64,000 bases of DNA, taken from positions 99,820,001-99,884,000 of the forward strand of contig OZ024743.1 in NCBI GenBank assembly GCA_964016885.1, given 5' to 3'. Origin of the DNA: Eledone cirrhosa. Its lineage: Eukaryota. A program made the translations under genes and the position numbers. Positions 1-13,263 of the stretch are shown here, one piece after another; position 1 is the first letter of the stretch; each line of letters begins with the position of its first letter. The notes under the pieces are model-generated. The model saw only the letters and a list, made by a program, of their open reading frames with translations. It ran no database searches and was not told the DNA's origin.

Positions 1-245
1 AATACAAGGCGAAGCTGAAGCATATAGACAGTATGCCCCCACCTCTTCCCACTGTAAAGTGGTCATGTAGGATCATGACAAAAAAGCACCCAGTCCACAC
101 TGTAAATGAGGTTGGTGTTACGAAGGGCATCCAGCTGTAGAAATCAAGCCAAAATCAGTTCTGTATGGTCAAGACATGGTCACCTGACTTGGCATTGCCC
201 ACAACAGGATAACCCATGTGTGGAAGAATGGACATAAAACAGTGA
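1..245 (+). mobile_element. 3' UTR fragment of RTE LINE family A
   Basis: Collinear with the 3' UTR at 11150-11390 (aagctgaagcatata...aaaagcacccagtccacactgtaaatgaggttggtgtta.gaagggcatccagctgtagaaatcaagcc). Confidence 0.75.
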
Positions 246-784
246 GGGGGAGCACAAGGGGCTGTTTCAGACAGTTTGGTATAATGTTAGAACACCATTA
301 CATTGACAATTTAAAATTATCACATTTAAATTGCTGTTAGTAACAACATTCACATAATCTCCCCACTAACAAAAAAAAAAAGTGAAAGAAGCTATTTACA
401 GACTTTAGTGAAGTCTATTATCAGTGAAGATTGAAGAGTTAATCACCCTGGACAGTAGGGAAATTATTCTTGTTTCATGCTTGTTTCATTGAGACAATTG
501 ACAGTACTTGTTGGGTTGAGACTTGTAAATGTCTTCTACATAATCAGATTAAATATTGAAATGTCTAACTTACTCATAATACGATTATACATTTTATCAG
601 ACTATCAACCTCATCCTTAGAGGTGAAACATTTCTTTTTAATATTCTGATCTACACTAAATTTTGATCACTTTGATCTCTGATTATGAACAGATGTCTTA
701 TCCAGAGATATGTAGATAATACCAGACTGGAGTCAAACTAGGAATCTTTATTTTTAAACTACCTCTCTCTCTGCTGTATATGTA

Positions 785-990
785 TATCATCATCATTATC
801 TCTGTTAAACATCCACTTTTCCACACTGGCATGGGTTAGACAAGTAATCCTGCTGTGAGCAATGCCAGGTCAGGTGAATATGTCTTGCTCGTACAGAACT
901 GATTTTGGCTTAGTTTCTACTGCTGTATGTCCTTCCTGGTGCCAACCTCACAACCACTTTACAGTGTGGGCTGGAGGTTTCACTGGATGT
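785..990 (-). mobile_element. Degraded RTE-related 3' tail fragment
   Basis: (cat)n tail followed by the reverse complement of the family A tail seen at 1-245. Confidence 0.55.
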
Positions 991-1012
991 ATGCTTCAAC
1001 TTGTCCTCATGA

Positions 1013-1025
1013 GATATATATATAT

Positions 1026-1060
<35 letters not shown>
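1013..1060. repeat. (TA)n/(GATA)n microsatellite at the 3' end of the Tx1-like element
   Basis: Direct reading. Confidence 0.9.
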
Positions 1061-1061
<1 letters not shown>

Positions 1062-2498
1062 ATTTCTTTATTATCCACAAGGGCACAAAAGAAGGGACAA
1101 ATACAAATGGGGAGTTTACATACAGGTATATGAAAATAAAACTATTAATAAAACAACAAAAAACAATTGAAATCCCCAATAGGGGGGAGGTGACACACAG
1201 GGGTTGTACACACCCCGAAAAAATGTACAACCCTCATCTCCAGGAGCACCAAGAGTGAGTACTCCCTTCCTCTTTTTCCTCAACCTACAGGCTTATATAG
1301 AGAGAAGGCCCAACCACTCAGGCCATCTTTGCCACATTCACCCACCTTTTATAAAATTTTCTGGTGAACAGTACCTCTCTCTCAATCCTGATTCTTCTTC
1401 CAAAATGATATTTGAAAAAACGAATCAGTTGCTCGCCGGAGAGAAAGGTGTCTGACCTCAGCCCTTTTAACCTCGTCCACCATATAACCTCTTTCATCAT
1501 AGCGTTTTTGAAGGAGGATGGCGATTTGATCATGACAATGGACTCAGTGGTCAACTGGATTGGTCCCACCCGCGACAATAGTCGTTCTACATAGCCCCAC
1601 AGGTCGGTAACGCCCGGGCAGTGTGCAAATGCGTGTGCGACGGTTTCCTCGTCGTGCACGCATCTCGGACAGATCTTTTTCGAAGGGTCCCTACTCGGGC
1701 GCCCGTGTAGAGCTTGTCTCGAACTGGTAGAGCTCCTCGGTAGCACTGCCAGGCCAGGGACTTTTGGAAGTTGTCCATTGGTCCTGGGCGGAAGGTCCTA
1801 CCGAACAGACTGGCCAGTTCGTCCTCCTCTATGCCTAGAGTTTCTCCGAGCGTGTCGTCGTACTTGCTGCGGACCAACCCTCTATAGAATGTCGAAGTGG
1901 AGTTTCCACTGATCGCCGGGTCCGTTTGCCAGAGGACTGTGAGCGCCTTGGCACATTCAATATGCCAGTCGCCCATTTTCCTCGGTCTTTGCTTGACTTA
2001 GGTCTGCAGCTCGGTCAGCGAGACGAGTTGTGGGAAGGCTCGCTTCATGAACGGGGCTCACACCGGTTGTCTGGTGAGGAATACGTGGAGGTGCCGCAGC
2101 CTGAGCGTGTGTTTGCGCATCGTCAGCCACGGCATCCCCAGCCCTCCGTTTGAAGGGTGTTGGCAGCAGATGGATCTTCTCACCAAAGGAGCCCATTTCT
2201 TCCAAAGGAATTGGAAGAGCGCGCGCTCCATTTTGGTGTGCGTTTTGGCTGGACAAGGCACAACGGTCAAGCGGTAGTAGATGATGGACACTATAAAAGT
2301 GTTCGCCACCTCCACTCGACCTTTCAAGGATAGTTTGCACTCGGCCCACTTCTGGGTGAGCACAAACACCTTAGCCGTCACCTAGTTCCAGTTCTTCTCC
2401 ACCTGGAGGTCAGGACCAAACTAGACCCCGAGCAGCTTTACCGGTCCTTCCGTCCAGTGTCCGATGACGTCATCGGAAGGCATCGGTTTGCCTCTCCA
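1061..2498 (-). mobile_element. 5'-truncated L1/Tx1-clade LINE: ORF2 C-terminus with frameshifts plus 3' UTR
   Basis: Overlapping minus frames give LSLKGRVEVAN...FLW...P...GGLGMP, LPVRDKL, a CPRC...ETVAHAFAHC zinc knuckle, KEVIWWTR and FYKRW, the typical L1/Tx1 ORF2 end. GC-rich relative to flanks. Confidence 0.85.
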
Positions 2499-2669
2499 GA
2501 TAGATATAATATCGGACCATTGGATAGGTTTGAACTTCATAGAAAATGCAGAAATACCATATACAGAAAATAACTAACCACAATTGACTGCTATAAATAA
2601 TAGCTTAGAGAATTAGGTAAAATACTATTATAGATGGAGCTAGCAGCTTATACAAAGAATCGAACTACA

Positions 2670-3030
2670 GATATCATCATGATCATCTTCATCACCGTTT
2701 AATGTCCATTTTTCCATGTTTGCATGGGTTAGACGGGTCATCCACGTTATAAGACAAGTTTTGTCAGGTGGCTACACCGTACCTTGCTCAAACAGGATTG
2801 TATTTTGGCTGGGATTTATAGTTAGATGCCCTTCCTAATACCAACCATGTTTACAGTGTGGAACTGGGTGGTCTCGTTATGGGACAGGTTTGGTCAGGTG
2901 GCCGCGCTGTACCTTGCACATATAGAGACTGTGTTGACTGGATTTTTATGGCTGCTAGATGCCCTTTCTAACACCAACCACCTTTACAGTGTGGAACTAG
3001 GTGACACCATTATGGGGAGGGTTTGATCAT
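2670..3030 (-). mobile_element. Degraded RTE-related tail with an internal ~135-bp duplication
   Basis: (cat)n tail and two copies of gatgcccttcctaa.accaacca..tttacagtgtggaact (2826 and 2958). Confidence 0.55.
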
Positions 3031-4394
3031 ATATATATATATATATATATGTAAGATGGCTGCAACTTGATCTCAAGTAATGTCATTGCTTCATACTTAA
3101 GCATGAACATCACGGAAAGGAATAATAGTGGAAATATTTAAGAAATTATGTTTTAGAAAATCTCATTTGCATTCTTTCAAATTCAGAAAAAGAGTTCCGG
3201 TTTAAATTAAAATTGTCCAATATAAATTATATATAAGAAATATTTGTTAAGTTGCTATTTTAATAGAATGAAATAATAATAAAAACTTTAATAAATCCCT
3301 CCAAATTGTTCATTACTTAAATGAAACACAGTGCATTTAATTAGAAATATGATAATGAAAGTGTTAACTTAAATTATCTAAGAATATTCATATTAGTGGA
3401 TAGATTGTGAATATTTGCTAAATTAGAGTAAAAGACTTTAATTTTTAATGTGATCTAGTCACAGTACTATGTTGACCTACTAATGTGGTTTTATGCTGTA
3501 CAGGACATTAAGAGTTAAATAATGTATAACAAATCAAAAGGTTTAGACAGTTATGGTGTCTAATTTCTGAGAAGACACAGGATGCAAAAGATATATTAAA
3601 TCACATGACAATCCTTCCTTTCATATATTTAAGCTTGCAAAAACTATTATCAGAAAATATCTAAAAATGGACTTGTTAAATCAAATGTTTACACTATCCT
3701 GACTAGTGGACAGGTTGTGGTGAATATTTGCAGTATTAAAGTAAACACTTTAATTTTTAATGTGATGTATTCATAATGCAATTTTATACTTTTCAATAAT
3801 GTCTTGCTAATGCAGTGTCATGTAATAGAGGATGTTAAGAGTTAAAGTACATTTCATCCTACGTCTTGTTTGGACATAACCATAGTTGTAAACATTTGTT
3901 GATCTGTTGATAAACACTAAATGACTCTAACAAAACCTTAAACATACATCAAATGGATCACTGTATCGTTTCTGTTAAGTTAAAAAGATCTGGCAGAAGA
4001 GTAGGAAACTTTGGTGGGAGGTGAGGGCTATAAAATAAAGTGCATCTGGTTAAATAGATCTAGATATGAATTACTTACAAATTATTGAGTCAAAACTAAT
4101 CTCAAGAGAATATTATGTAGAGGAGAAATAACATTTGAAATTCAATGAATATGATGATACTGCAGTGCAGCCTTCTAAGTAAATGTTGAATGAAATACAT
4201 TATAGATATTCCATACAAAACAAAGCTAAAATGCATTAGTAGAATTAAAATAGAGAGGGAGGTGATTTATAATGGAATTATGGAAATCAAAGAATAACAA
4301 CTATTGACTTATGCAATCCAAAAGAACAAGGACCATCAGTACTTACAGTCGAAATTAACAACATTTTCTTTATTAACATAACAGTAATAATAAT

Positions 4395-4617
4395 AATAAT
4401 GATTTCTACTATAGGCACAAGGCCAGCAATTTTTGGAGAGAAGAAAGTTGATTAAATCAACCCCAGTGCATTACTGGTACTTTATCTTATTGACCCCGTA
4501 AGGATGAAAGGCAAAGCTAACTTCAGCAGGATTTGAACTCAGACTGCAAAGGGCCATAACTCTATGCTAAAAAGCATGGTGTCCAATGCTTTACTGATAC
4601 TGCCAATCCACTGCCCT
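4395..4617 (-). mobile_element. tRNA-derived SINE, family M (MetaSINE-like core)
   Basis: Reverse complement has an A box, a B box (gagttcaaatcc) and the gcctttcatcc..ggggtc.ataa core. Confidence 0.8.
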
Positions 4618-4629
4618 TATAATTATAAT

Positions 4630-4970
4630 AATAATTCTTTATTCACCACAAAGAATTTATATTAATAAAAGATTAGGACGACACAGGATGAACACATAGA
4701 ATGTGTGTATGTTGGTGTGTGGGTTTTGTGTGTAAACAGGTTTAACAATAATAAAAGAAGGGTAACAATAATAAAATGTTAACAATGGGAAGAGACATTC
4801 AAGGGCAGCTCATGGAAAAAACCTCAGAAAACCACGAGTGCCCTGATATCTAGGGCAAGTGTCCTGATCTCTAGGGCAAGTGACCTGCCCCAGTTGTCTT
4901 CCTCCAATCCACAGGCACACACTCAAAGCATGCTCATTCACTCAGGCCCTGCTTGCCTCTCTCACCCACC
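4630..4970 (-). mobile_element. 3' end of a related L1/Tx1 element
   Basis: cactcaggcc..cttgcc...tcacccacc matches 1315-1345, and the terminus (aattctttatt) is the same. Confidence 0.5.
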
Positions 4971-4974
4971 AACA

Positions 4975-7140
4975 AACTGGCTGTAGTACCAGAATTATCA
5001 AGATATAAGAAACCTATTACGAACCAGACATTTGAAAATGAAGAACTACAATTGAGAAAAAGAATTAGGTTGAAAATTTAAAGGGCAAGAGCTGATTTTG
5101 GAAAAATAAACAGAATGAAAAATGGAGATGTCTGGAATGAAAGGACCATACAAAAACTGAAGCATGATTAGATATAGTACATGAAATGTCTTGTGGCAAC
5201 TAATGCTAAAGTGCAGGGGTGTGATGAGGCAAAATAGATTGTTTGAGGTAAGCCCCCAAAATATCATTTGATGAAATTGAGGGAAAGAGCAAAGATGATA
5301 TAAGCCTAGATGAGAACAAAAGCAAAATATTTTGGAGTGATATCTTGGATAATCCTAGGGTACACAAGGAAGAAGCATTATGTTAAAAGATGTAGAAATT
5401 CAGGCACAAAAAGTAGTGAAACAAGAAAACATCTAAGTGACACTTGACAACCTAAAGGAAAAGGTCAATAAGATACCTAATTTGAAGGGACCTGGGCCAA
5501 ATAGAGTGCAAGGCTAGTGGATATTATGATTTCCTTTCATGATAGAAAAACAGATTAGCTTAATGTTTGTCTTTGTAGATGACAACTGATAGAACTCTAT
5601 TATGTGTTAAAGGCGGTGGATTGGCAGTATCGATAGAGGGTCGGATGCCATGCTTTCCAGCATAGTTATGTCCCTTAACGATCTGAGTTCAAATCTTGCT
5701 GAGGTTGACTTTGCCTTTCACCCTTATGGGGTCGATAAAATAAAGCACCAGTAATGCACTGGGTAATTGCTGGCCTTGTGCCAAAAAGTAGAAACAATTA
5801 TGTGTTAAAGAGGTGGAAAAGGGATCATTGCCAGCCATTAGTATGGGAGCTTTTGACTGCTATTTTGATGGAATGGTATAACCCCCTGGAAGTGCAAGAT
5901 TAGTTACCACTGGAGCAAAATAGCTGTAAGAAAGGTAGTATGGGTACAAAAGATCAGCTATTTATTGACAAGATGGCAATAAGAATTACAAAAGAAGACT
6001 GACAAACTTAGTCATTGCTTAGATAGATTATAAAAAACCTTTAATATGGTGTCACACAGCTGGATTTTGAAGGTGATAAATATTTTTGGAGATATTAATA
6101 ATATAACCAATTTAGTGAAACCAAGTGTGTATGGTTGGAACACATGATTAATGTCAAGAGATAAAATCTTAGAAAATGTAAAAATTATACATAATTGTAT
6201 ATAATTGTACATGGAATTTTTCAAGATAATAGCTTGTCTCCCTTGCTATTTGTATTGACAATAAACCCTTTGTTATGGATGTTGAAGAATGAGAAATCTG
6301 TTTATGATCTGGGTCGAGGGAATGAAAAGTTGAATTATCTGCTGTTCGTGGATAACCTGAAAATTTTTGCCAAAAATGAGAATCAGTAGGATAGCTTAAT
6401 TCAAACCAATAGAATTTTCTCAGAGGATTTTAAAATAGAGTTTAGATTGACAAAATGTTCTGTGTTGATAATGAAAAGAGAGTAATTCACAAGGAGCAAC
6501 AGAATTAAGTTGTCATATAGCAAGCACTTAAAATCAATAGAAGTTTCCAGCTACAAGTATTTGGGTGTTTTGGAAGTATATGAAATACAGCACATGAAAA
6601 TGAAGGAGATAAGTATTGACTTCTTCAGAAGGATTTGGAAAATTCTGAATAGCAAGCAAAATGGAAGAAATAAGATTACAGCAATTAATGCAAGGGCTGT
6701 GTCGGTGATAAAGTATGGAACTGGTGCAATAGACTGGACCAAAATGGGGCTCCATACAATAGATAGGAAAACCAGAAAATTGTTGACCATCCATGGTGCC
6801 CATTACTCAAGAGCAAACATCGACCGGCTGTACATGAAGAAGAGAGATGGAGGTGGAGGACTTATTGGTGTCGAAGACTGTGTGAGCATGGAAAAGAAAG
6901 GCTTGATTAATTACATTGAATGAAGCAAGGAAAGCCTGATCAAATCAGTAAAAAGTGAACTGGTATTAAAGAAAGGAAAGAGAGAAAAAAAGTAAGGAAG
7001 AGATGTAAAACATGCCTAGAGATTTAAGGGAATAGAAAGCATTATGTGGATGATTTGAACAAGGAACCAAGAAAGGAAAGCACTAACATAGTTTCTCAAG
7101 ACCAAGCTATCAAAACCCCTCACATTAGGGACCACATATA
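4975..7140 (+). mobile_element. Decayed R4/Dong-clade LINE reverse transcriptase
   Basis: KGPGP, GTKDQLFIDK, DYKK, GIFQDNSLSPLLF, LNYLLFVDNLK, YKYLGVLE, IDRKTRKLLT, DRLY...GGGGL and QDQAIKT occur in order, with many stops and frameshifts. Confidence 0.85.
5612..5799 (+). mobile_element. SINE family M nested in the R4/Dong LINE
   Basis: Full head ggcggtggattggcagtatcg, B box and core; TSD attatgtgttaaa. Confidence 0.9.
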
Positions 7141-7434
7141 TAAGATATTTATATATCTCCATTTGTTTCAATTTCACATGTCTATATACTCAATGTGTAT
7201 ATTTAAATACACATTTATGCAGTCTTGGTTACCTCTACACTGTATATGTACAGATACATAGATATTATTTTATCAATCCCAATGGAATGAAATACAAAGG
7301 TGACCTCAGTAGGATTTGAACTCAGAATACACAGAGCTAAAACAAATGCCACAAAGCATTTAGTCCTTTGTTATAATGATTCTACAAATTCATCACCTTG
7401 AATATCTACAAGTATCAACTATAATATTCTATTA

Positions 7435-7780
7435 CATTTTACTCTTTTATTGGTTTCAGAGATTAGGCTGCGACCCTACTAGAAGACTGCCTTGAAGGGA
7501 TTTAGTCAATCATATCACCATCCACCCACCCCAGTAATTACTTTTTGAAGTTTGGTACTTATTTTATCAATCTTTTTTTTGTCGAACTTCTAAGTTATGA
7601 AACATAAATATACATAGACACAGGCTTCCACACAGATTCTATCTACCAAATTTCACTCACCAAACATTACTCAACCTGAGCTTACACTAGAAGACACTTG
7701 CTCAAGGTGACATATAATGGAATTGAACCCAAAACCATGTGTTTTCAAAGTGAACTCCTTGATCAATCAACCATGTCATG
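7435..7780 (-). mobile_element. tRNA/CORE-type SINE, family K
   Basis: Reverse complement contains ggttcaattcc, ccttgagcaagtgtcttct, gaaatttggtaga, and a tail as in 60148-60540. Confidence 0.65.
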
Positions 7781-8410
7781 TTCTTTTCAACTGCTTTCAT
7801 CACATGCCTAGATTATCCATTTTCTTTCTTATAAGCAAACTCCCATACTTGTACTTTCCATCATCTTCCAGTTTTACATTTACAATTTCCATAAATAGCA
7901 TTTATCTACTTGAAAAATTTAACAGATCTTCTACTTTCAGACTATTCATTTCTAGTACACCTTATTTCATATTTTAACAGCTTCCATTCAATTCTTGACA
8001 TATCTCTGCCATGAGATCTATATCTGCATGAACAAAATTCAAGAAATATTCATAGTGATATTCATCTGTTAATATCACAATAAGTTTAAGAACAATTAAC
8101 AAAAGAAGAATAAAAATATAACTTTAAGCACAAGAACCCCTAAGAACAAATTCACTTACTGATTTCTGACACTTTTATTCACAGAATTTACTAGACAATC
8201 ATCTACTTTAAATTTCCTTTATTCTGCATCAATGTGTAATTTAATCGATTCTGCTAAAGGCCTTTACTTGGCTTAAAGGGATGAGCTATAGTCAATTGTT
8301 CATTTAATATTTCTTCAGAAGCTGTTTCAAAAGAATATGGCAATATATATAGCTGGGAGGACTCTTTAGCTAATATCCCTTGCATTTGTGATTTAAACAA
8401 TAAACACACC
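7780..8410 (-). pseudogene. Possible decayed spliced coding remnant of unknown family
   Basis: GT-AG intron 8159-8066 (gtaagt...ttaacag). Downstream frame DEYHYEYFLNFVHADIDLMAEICQELNGSC*NMK*GVLEMNSLKVEDLL continues with scattered stops. Confidence 0.3.
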
Positions 8411-8728
8411 CAGTATACTCCATAAACTGGTTGGTGATAGGAAAGGCATCCAACCAAAGAAAACCTGTTAAACAAAGGGCCAGGAAGACTCTTTAGCTGT
8501 GTCAAGACATGAGAATCTTCCTTGTGCTGGTATCACAATAAAATACATTTTGTTGTGTGCAGGATCACATGTGAGTTATGGGTTATGGGTTGCTGAGCAT
8601 TTGGTAGGGTGAAGGAACATATGTAAACAAGCCCATCTGTGGGAACAGAATCTTCAGTTAAGTACCATCCTGGTCTACTGACATCCCATCCAACCCTTGC
8701 TAGCAAGGAAAGCAGACATTAAACAATA

Positions 8729-8912
8729 ATTGTTTCTACGTTTGGCACAAGGCCAGCAATTACCCAGTGCATTACTGGTACTTTATTTTATCGACCCCGT
8801 AAGGGTGAAAGGCAAAGTTAACCTCGGCGGGATTTGAACTCAGAATGGCAAGGGCCGTAACTCTATACGCCAAAGCATGGCGTCCGACCCTTTACCAATA
8901 CTGCCAATCCAC
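8729..8912 (-). mobile_element. SINE family M
   Basis: Near-consensus copy; TSD gacattaaacaataat. Confidence 0.9.
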
Positions 8913-9894
8913 GACATTAAACAATAATGATCTAAACCTCGTTCAGATTTCCTCTACTATTTAGATTATTTTTTAAATAAATTTATTTCCTTATACGTGT
9001 CTTAACACTTTTTACATGCTGAATAGCGAAGAAGTCCCCATTGCAGTCATGAGATCCTGAGTTTGATCCTACAACATGGTATCATGGACAAGTCTCTTTT
9101 ACCATAGTCTTGTGTTGACTGAAACCTTCTAAATAAAATTGGGTAGATGGAGATGGAAGTTGTACAGCAGCTCATTGGATAATTTGTACCTATAATTCCA
9201 GTCTAGTTACACACTGTGTCATTCTGATTCTAACTGAGGGTTACATTAAAGAAATATGTGTCTGTAGAATACTTAGTCACTTTCAAGTTGTTCTTACTGC
9301 TTACATGTGTGTAGCTTTAGATGGCTTGCAATCAGGTTGCTTTTCATAGACTGTTTCTCAGGTGCTTTACTGATAGAGGCCTCACTGCTTCTGTGCTATC
9401 ATGAAAAGCCTCTTTCTGAAACAGAATACCAGTTTACTCCAAGAGGTAGGTCCTCCACTCCAGCTGCTGCTGATATATCTTTTCAGCTGAGTGGACTAGA
9501 GCAATGTAAAATGAACCATCTTGCTCGATGACACAATATGCCACCTGGTCACATTTAATTTATTTCACCTTTTATAAAAGTTAGAACTAATGTTTCATTA
9601 ATCAGCTGGAGTAATTATACATATTGTTTATTGGATGTGTAGGGTATTTCAATTGTTTCCATACAAAGGAGTCTACACTATCACATTAACTGGTCCACAG
9701 CAGCTTTCCTAATCTGTCTGATTCAATTTTCTGATTATATAGTAAACAAAGACTCCTCCATCTTGCTCCTAAACTCCATCTTTTACTGCATACAATGTAT
9801 TCTCATAAACTGTTTTATAGTCATAATTACCCATTTGTTGTTCAACAACTTCTCAGTGAAATTTGGAAGGCAAAAAACTGTGGAGAAGCCTGTT

Positions 9895-9993
9895 GTATAT
9901 ATATATATAAATATATATATATAAATATATATATATAAATATATATATATAAATATATATATATAAATATATATATATAAATATATATATATA

Positions 9994-10044
<51 letters not shown>

Positions 10045-10045
10045 C
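9895..10045. repeat. (TA)n microsatellite with a periodic aaa interruption (14-bp period)
   Basis: Direct reading. Confidence 0.9.
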
Positions 10046-11390
10046 ATCGGGGAACAGTCAGCAAAGTTAGGATTAGCAATGAGTATAGCGAGGAATTTAG
10101 CGTACAGGTTGGGGTCCACCAGGGCTCTGTTCTTAGCCCCCTCCTGTTCATCATAGTCCTGCAGGCAATAACGGAGGAGTTTAAGACCGGATGCCCATGG
10201 GAACTCCTGTATGCAGATGACCTCGCACTTATAGCTGAATCTATGGTAGAACTAGAGAAGAAATTCCAAACTTGGAAGCAGGGACTAGAAAGAAAGGGTC
10301 TCAAAGTCAACATGACAAAGACTAAGGTCCTTGTAAGTAGACGAGAAAACAGAACCCAGATCCTCTCAGGGAAATGGCCTTGCTCAGTAAGTAGGAAAGG
10401 TGTAGGTAGGAACTCCATTCTCTGCCCCAAATGCAAACAATGGGTACACAAGAGATGTAGCGGGATCTCAGGAAGCTTAGGCTTCACATGCAGCAGCTGT
10501 GCTGGGACAGCAAGCAGCAAACAGCCACAGGAAACAAGTACCACCAATCTCTGGGAGGGCTCTGTAGAAACAGTAGACAGCTTCTGCTACCTAGGTGACC
10601 GAATTAGCAGCGGAGGTGGGTGTTCAGAAAGTACAATAACTAGGGTAAGAATGGGATGGAAGAAGTTTAGGGAACTACTACCACTGCTAGCTGCAAAAGG
10701 CTTCTCCCTCAAAATGAAAGGCAGACTGTATGATGCGTGTATCCGAACAGCGATGTTGCATGGTAGTGAGACCTAGGCCCTGAAGGTGGAAGACTTACGT
10801 AGATTAGAGAGAAACAAAGCCTGCATGCTCCGATGGATGTGTAACAGTAATATACGCGAACGACAAAGCATAAATGAATTGAGAGAGAGACTGAGCATAA
10901 GAGAAATCAAATGCTGTGTGCAGGAGAGGCGGTTGCGCTGGTATGGACATGTGATGCGTATGGATGACAGCTGCATAAAAAGGTGCAGAGCACTAGAAGT
11001 CGGTGGAAACCGCGGAGTGGGGAGACCCAAGATGACCTGGGATGAGGTGATAAAAGCCGACCTTACCCAATTACACCTCTCAAAGGCGATGACACACGAC
11101 CGTGACCTCTGGCGTCACGTAGTAATACAGAGTACCCGACCTCCCATGGGTACAAGCTGAAGCATATAAACAATATGCCCCCACGCCCCCCACTGCAAGG
11201 TGGTCGTGGAGGTGCCACGGAAAAAAAGCACCCAGCCCACACTGTAAAGTGGATGTGTAGGCGCCACGAAAAAGCACCCAGCACTCACTGTAAATGAGGT
11301 TGGTGTTAGGAAGGGCATCCAGCTGTAGAAATCAAGCCAAATCAGTTCCTGCATGAGCAAGGCATGGTCAGCCGACCAGACACTGTCAAT
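10046..11390 (+). mobile_element. 5'-truncated RTE LINE, family A: RT, PHD-like finger, C-terminus, 3' UTR
   Basis: GVHQGSVLSPLLF, ELLYADDL, N.TKTK, FCYLG, HGSET*, RRLRWYGHVMR, GRP..TW. One in-frame stop near 10774. Confidence 0.9.
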
Positions 11391-11892
11391 ACTCTTATTA
11401 TATGATGACTGTATAAAAAAAAAAACATCCTTATAGTTTTTCTCACTAAGTGATCGCAAGACAAAATTACCTTCTAAAGGGGAAAAAACTAGCTGCTTCT
11501 GTTTCTTTATTTTTTCAAATCTAAGTACAAAAATATAAGAACATTTTAAGAACAATGCTATTAAATAAGATTTCATAAAAATGGTGCACTCATTTAGATA
11601 TTTATAATATAGACTAAAATTATACTTGACTCCACAATAAAGAAGTTTCCGAAGAGCAATCTCTTTCAATAGCATAATATTGAACTAGCTATGGAGTATT
11701 GACAGTTTCTGAATGTAAAATTTATATAGTATTATACATTTGATATAGATTTTTTTTAAGAATATTAAAATGAATACGCTGTCATCTTATATCAATTATA
11801 ATGATATAAAGGCAAAATTTTAAATTTAATAACGTAATTTTTTTTTTTTTAATGCATTAAGTTATAATTATTAGAAAAATAAAATGAATATA

Positions 11893-12091
11893 ATGGCAGT
11901 TTTTCAGAGCAAGATAACAAGGTGAGAGGGTCTGACGCTATGCTTTGCAGCAAAGAGTTACGCCCCTTTATGGTTTGAGTTCAAATCCCGCCGAGGTTAA
12001 CTTTGCCTTTCATCCTTACGGGGTCGATAAAATAAAGTACCAGTAATGCACTGGATAATTGCTGGCCTTGTGCCAAAAGTAGAAACAATTA
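11893..12091 (+). mobile_element. SINE family M
   Basis: B box, core and tail gccttgtgccaaaagtagaaacaatt. Confidence 0.8.
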
Positions 12092-12539
12092 TATTTATCA
12101 AACATGATAGTTACTAGTCTTAAATGGAAGGCCTTATAGTGAATATATTGAATATAATCCTAATAATAATAGTAAACTGTGAAAGATAGAAATAAAATAT
12201 TGAATGCATAAAATTAAATCCATGTTTAATGTGTTCCTAAACAGTCACTGATGATGAACAATAAGACTAATTCTAGGTATTTAGACAGTGACCTAGTCAA
12301 TAAGGTAGCTGTAGACTACTTAACCAGGATTCATTCAAGAGAAGCATGTTGAATTCAGCTTCATTTATCATAGAACATCTTCTACTTCTCCAAATGATCA
12401 TCTTTTATAAAAGTATTATTTCATTATTGAGTCAATTAATTATAATGTTTTCAAGCTCATATCAGGGAGCTATGCAATTTCTCCTCCACCTCCTTTCATT
12501 TTCTCTTTTTATTTAATGCACTTACAGAATCAAATGAAC

Positions 12540-12711
12540 TCTAATTGGTTTTAGTTATTAGACTGTGGCCATGCTGGAGCACCACTTTCAAGGGATTTAG
12601 ACAATCATATCAACCGCAGTACTTATTTATTTCATGTCTGATACTTATTAAGTTCTTTTGTTGAACCACTAAGCTACTGGACATAAACACCAAACATAGA
12701 CACACACACAC

Positions 12712-12779
<68 letters not shown>

Positions 12780-13250
12780 CGTCCCATTACCCCCACCCCA
12801 TCCACACCACCCGGTTAAATGTGAAGTTATGTTGGTACCACAACATCCAGTCCGAAACAAATGAGGTCGTGTAGGTGTCACGACAAAAAAAAACACACAG
12901 TCCACGCTGTGATGTGGCCGTGTAGGTTACACGGTAAAAACCTCCCAGTACACTTTAAACGTGGTTGGTGTTGGGAAGGGCATCCAGCCGTAGAAAACCC
13001 GCCAGACAGACCTGAGCAAGACAACCAATCTTGCCTCAAGTGGGACAATTCCCGTCCAGACCCATGCTAGCGTGGAAAATGGACGTTAAACGATGATGAT
13101 GATGATGATGACCATGGGCTTCCACATAGTTTCTGTCTACCAATCAAATTCCCAAGGCTGTAGTAGAAGACTGTTGCCCAAGGAGACATACAGTGGAACT
13201 GAACCCAAAACCATGTGACACTGAAGTAGACTCCTTAACCATACAGCCAC
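12540..13250 (-). mobile_element. SINE family K split by a (TA)n tract and a nested RTE tail
   Basis: Tail at 12540-12710 and head at 13111-13250. Confidence 0.6.
12780..13110 (+). mobile_element. 3' UTR of RTE family C
   Basis: Closely matches 51665-51993 and ends in (gat)n. Confidence 0.85.
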
Positions 13251-13263
13251 ACCTTCTCATACA

